DNA of 64,000 bases from the NCBI GenBank assembly GCA_040285855.1, contig JAUFOQ010000006.1, positions 1,984,001-2,048,000 of the forward strand. Direction: 5' to 3'. Shown one piece after another: positions 62,466 through 64,000 of this stretch (positions are counted from its first letter, which is position 1; the number at the start of each line of letters is the position of its first letter). Origin of the DNA: Eukaryota sp. GEM-RC1 (Eukaryota). A program made the position numbers and the translations under genes. A model generated the notes under the pieces. The model saw nothing but the letters and a program-made list of their open reading frames with translations. It searched no databases and was not told where the DNA came from.

Positions 62466-63041
62466 ATGACCACTTTGTCGTGCTGTTTAATTGTCTTTAC
62501 AGGTTGCGAACCCATTGAAGCATTCACAGCGGTCGATGTTCTTTCTCGTGCGGGTGTTGATGTAACTATTGCCAGTTTGGAGGAGTCATCATCTGTTACA
62601 ACTGCTCATGGAATTGAGATCAGGCCTAAAACTTCCTTGTCATTAGTCAATGAAGTGTTGTTTGACTGTGTCATCGTACCAGGTGGTCCGGGGGCAACAA
62701 AACCAGATTTTTATCATAATTCTCTTCTCCATAGTTTTCTCAAAAAGCATGAATCAAATAATCGCTTAATTGGCGCTATCTGTGCTGCTCCTATAACTCT
62801 TGCTGAAGCTGGTTTGTTGGAAGACAGGAGAGCTACATGCTATCCTGCAATTAGGGACAAAGTAGAACCCAAATGTAGGGCTTATGCGGAGGATAAGGTC
62901 GTTATCTGTAATAATGTTGTCACTTCGAGAGGACCAGGAACAGCGTTGCTCTTTGCTCTCAGTATTGCTAGGCTTTTAGTGACATCCGATAAGGCCAACA
63001 AAATTGCTGCTGATATGTTGTGTGAGGAATTTCTACAGTAG
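62466..63041 (+). CDS. DJ-1/PfpI (ThiJ) family protein
   Basis: GCEPIEA..VDVLSRAG, VPGG, GAICAAP, TSRGPGTA. Confidence 0.92.
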   Translation: MTTLSCCLIVFTGCEPIEAFTAVDVLSRAGVDVTIASLEESSSVTTAHGIEIRPKTSLSLVNEVLFDCVIVPGGPGATKPDFYHNSLLHSFLKKHESNNRLIGAICAAPITLAEAGLLEDRRATCYPAIRDKVEPKCRAYAEDKVVICNNVVTSRGPGTALLFALSIARLLVTSDKANKIAADMLCEEFLQ

Positions 63042-63539
63042 TTTTTTTTTGAAAGTTTCTTAAATGATCTTTTCATGTATTTTTTATCAAGGCAATTGTT
63101 ATATTATGGAACAATTTAAATGTACATACTAGTAGTTAACTGAACTGATTTTACCGATTGATTTTCGGTTGTTTAATAACAGAAGCAAAAGTGTAAATTG
63201 GCAACCATATGGAGGATGACCTTCCACATCTCCCTTAATTTGTTCTCTTCTTTCCTTAACTGAATTTGATTGATAATATTCAGCATCAATTCTAGCACTT
63301 TAATTAAATCAAGACCGACTTACTCAATTAGGGTTCAACTATGGCATGAAATCCATGGGCTTTCAATTTTTCAAATGTCAGATCTCTGAATGTGTTATAT
63401 ATTTAAGATACTAGTAATATGAAGAGCAGAACGAAATTGAATAAATTTGGAACAATATATTACATGTTTAAAAATGAAGTATTATTTTGTGTTCAATTTT
63501 TACTACTGTAACCGCTATACAATAATGATCGTAAAATAA

Positions 63540-64000
63540 ATGTTTATTATTCTTCTTTTTCTTCTTTTACTGTTTCGAGTTTTAAAAACACCATCAGGTG
63601 TTCAGGATGCGTTCACAGGAGTTTATCCTAAGGACGTATTTCCTTTTTTCTTCTTTTTTCTTCTTTCACTGTTTCGAGTTTTAAAAACACCATCAGGTGT
63701 TCAGAATCCTTCTTTCGTCTTTTCTTATAACGTCGTTATTTTTACAGTAGTTTCTGTATCAACAATAAATAGCATTTGTCCATACAAAGAGGATTTGACT
63801 TTGTGTGGAGATGTTGAAAATAATCCAGGGCCTGATGACAGAAAGTCTAAGCCAGGAATTTATGTTGTTGTTGAAGATAGTAAATTTTGGCGAAAATTTG
63901 AGTCTCCAAAGTCTTGGAAGCAATACATAGAAAATCTAGAAAAACGACCCGTTTACAAAAAGTGTTATTCCGATGCTGAAGTTGAAGCTTTTGCCAAAGC
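63540..64000 (+). CDS. 5' part of an ORF absent from the ORF track: duplicated hydrophobic leader, 2A motif, RNase H1 hybrid-binding (Cauli_VI)-like domain; runs off the window
   Basis: ATG at 63540, open to the end: MFIILLFLLLLFRVLKTPSGVQ..LFRVLKTPSGVQ..CPYKEDLTLCGDVENNPG|PDDRKSKPGIYVVV..VYKKCYSDAEVEAFAK. Confidence 0.75.
   Translation, partial: MFIILLFLLLLFRVLKTPSGVQDAFTGVYPKDVFPFFFFFLLSLFRVLKTPSGVQNPSFVFSYNVVIFTVVSVSTINSICPYKEDLTLCGDVENNPGPDDRKSKPGIYVVVEDSKFWRKFESPKSWKQYIENLEKRPVYKKCYSDAEVEAFAK

Overview
AT-rich, gene-dense eukaryotic (protist-like) DNA with ~29-33 nt GT-AG introns and many single-base frameshifts, mostly at or near homopolymer runs, which look like long-read assembly errors. 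The core is housekeeping: Sec16, PKA regulatory subunit, HelQ-like helicase, acyltransferase, kinesin, tRNA-Lys, IRE/Rim15-like kinase, Sec13, CCCH protein, alanine aminotransferase, Patched/NPC1-like, LRR proteins, NAA20, RhoGAP, ATG9, TFIIB, SAMHD1-like and DJ-1. The most interesting content is mobile. (1) A >13-kb minus-strand element at the left edge encodes an apparent polyprotein: 78-bp-repeat leader, 2A ribosomal-skip motif, Ulp1-type protease whose catalytic Cys codon is an in-frame TGA, PolB-exonuclease-like domain, then Fanzor (eukaryotic TnpB). It also carries DExH-helicase cargo, repeat arrays and two Tc1/IS630 N-terminal remnants. (2) A second Fanzor1-type gene at ~50.4-53.35 kb has all RuvC motifs, a C-terminal zinc knuckle, a structured candidate omegaRNA and the same upstream 14-bp array. 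(3) A second leader-2A ORF, missing from the ORF track, starts at 63540 and runs off the window. Also present: a Tc1/IS630 transposase, two hAT-type MITEs with 8-bp TSDs, and decayed non-LTR retrotransposon copies. All assignments come from motif recognition by eye; no searches were run.
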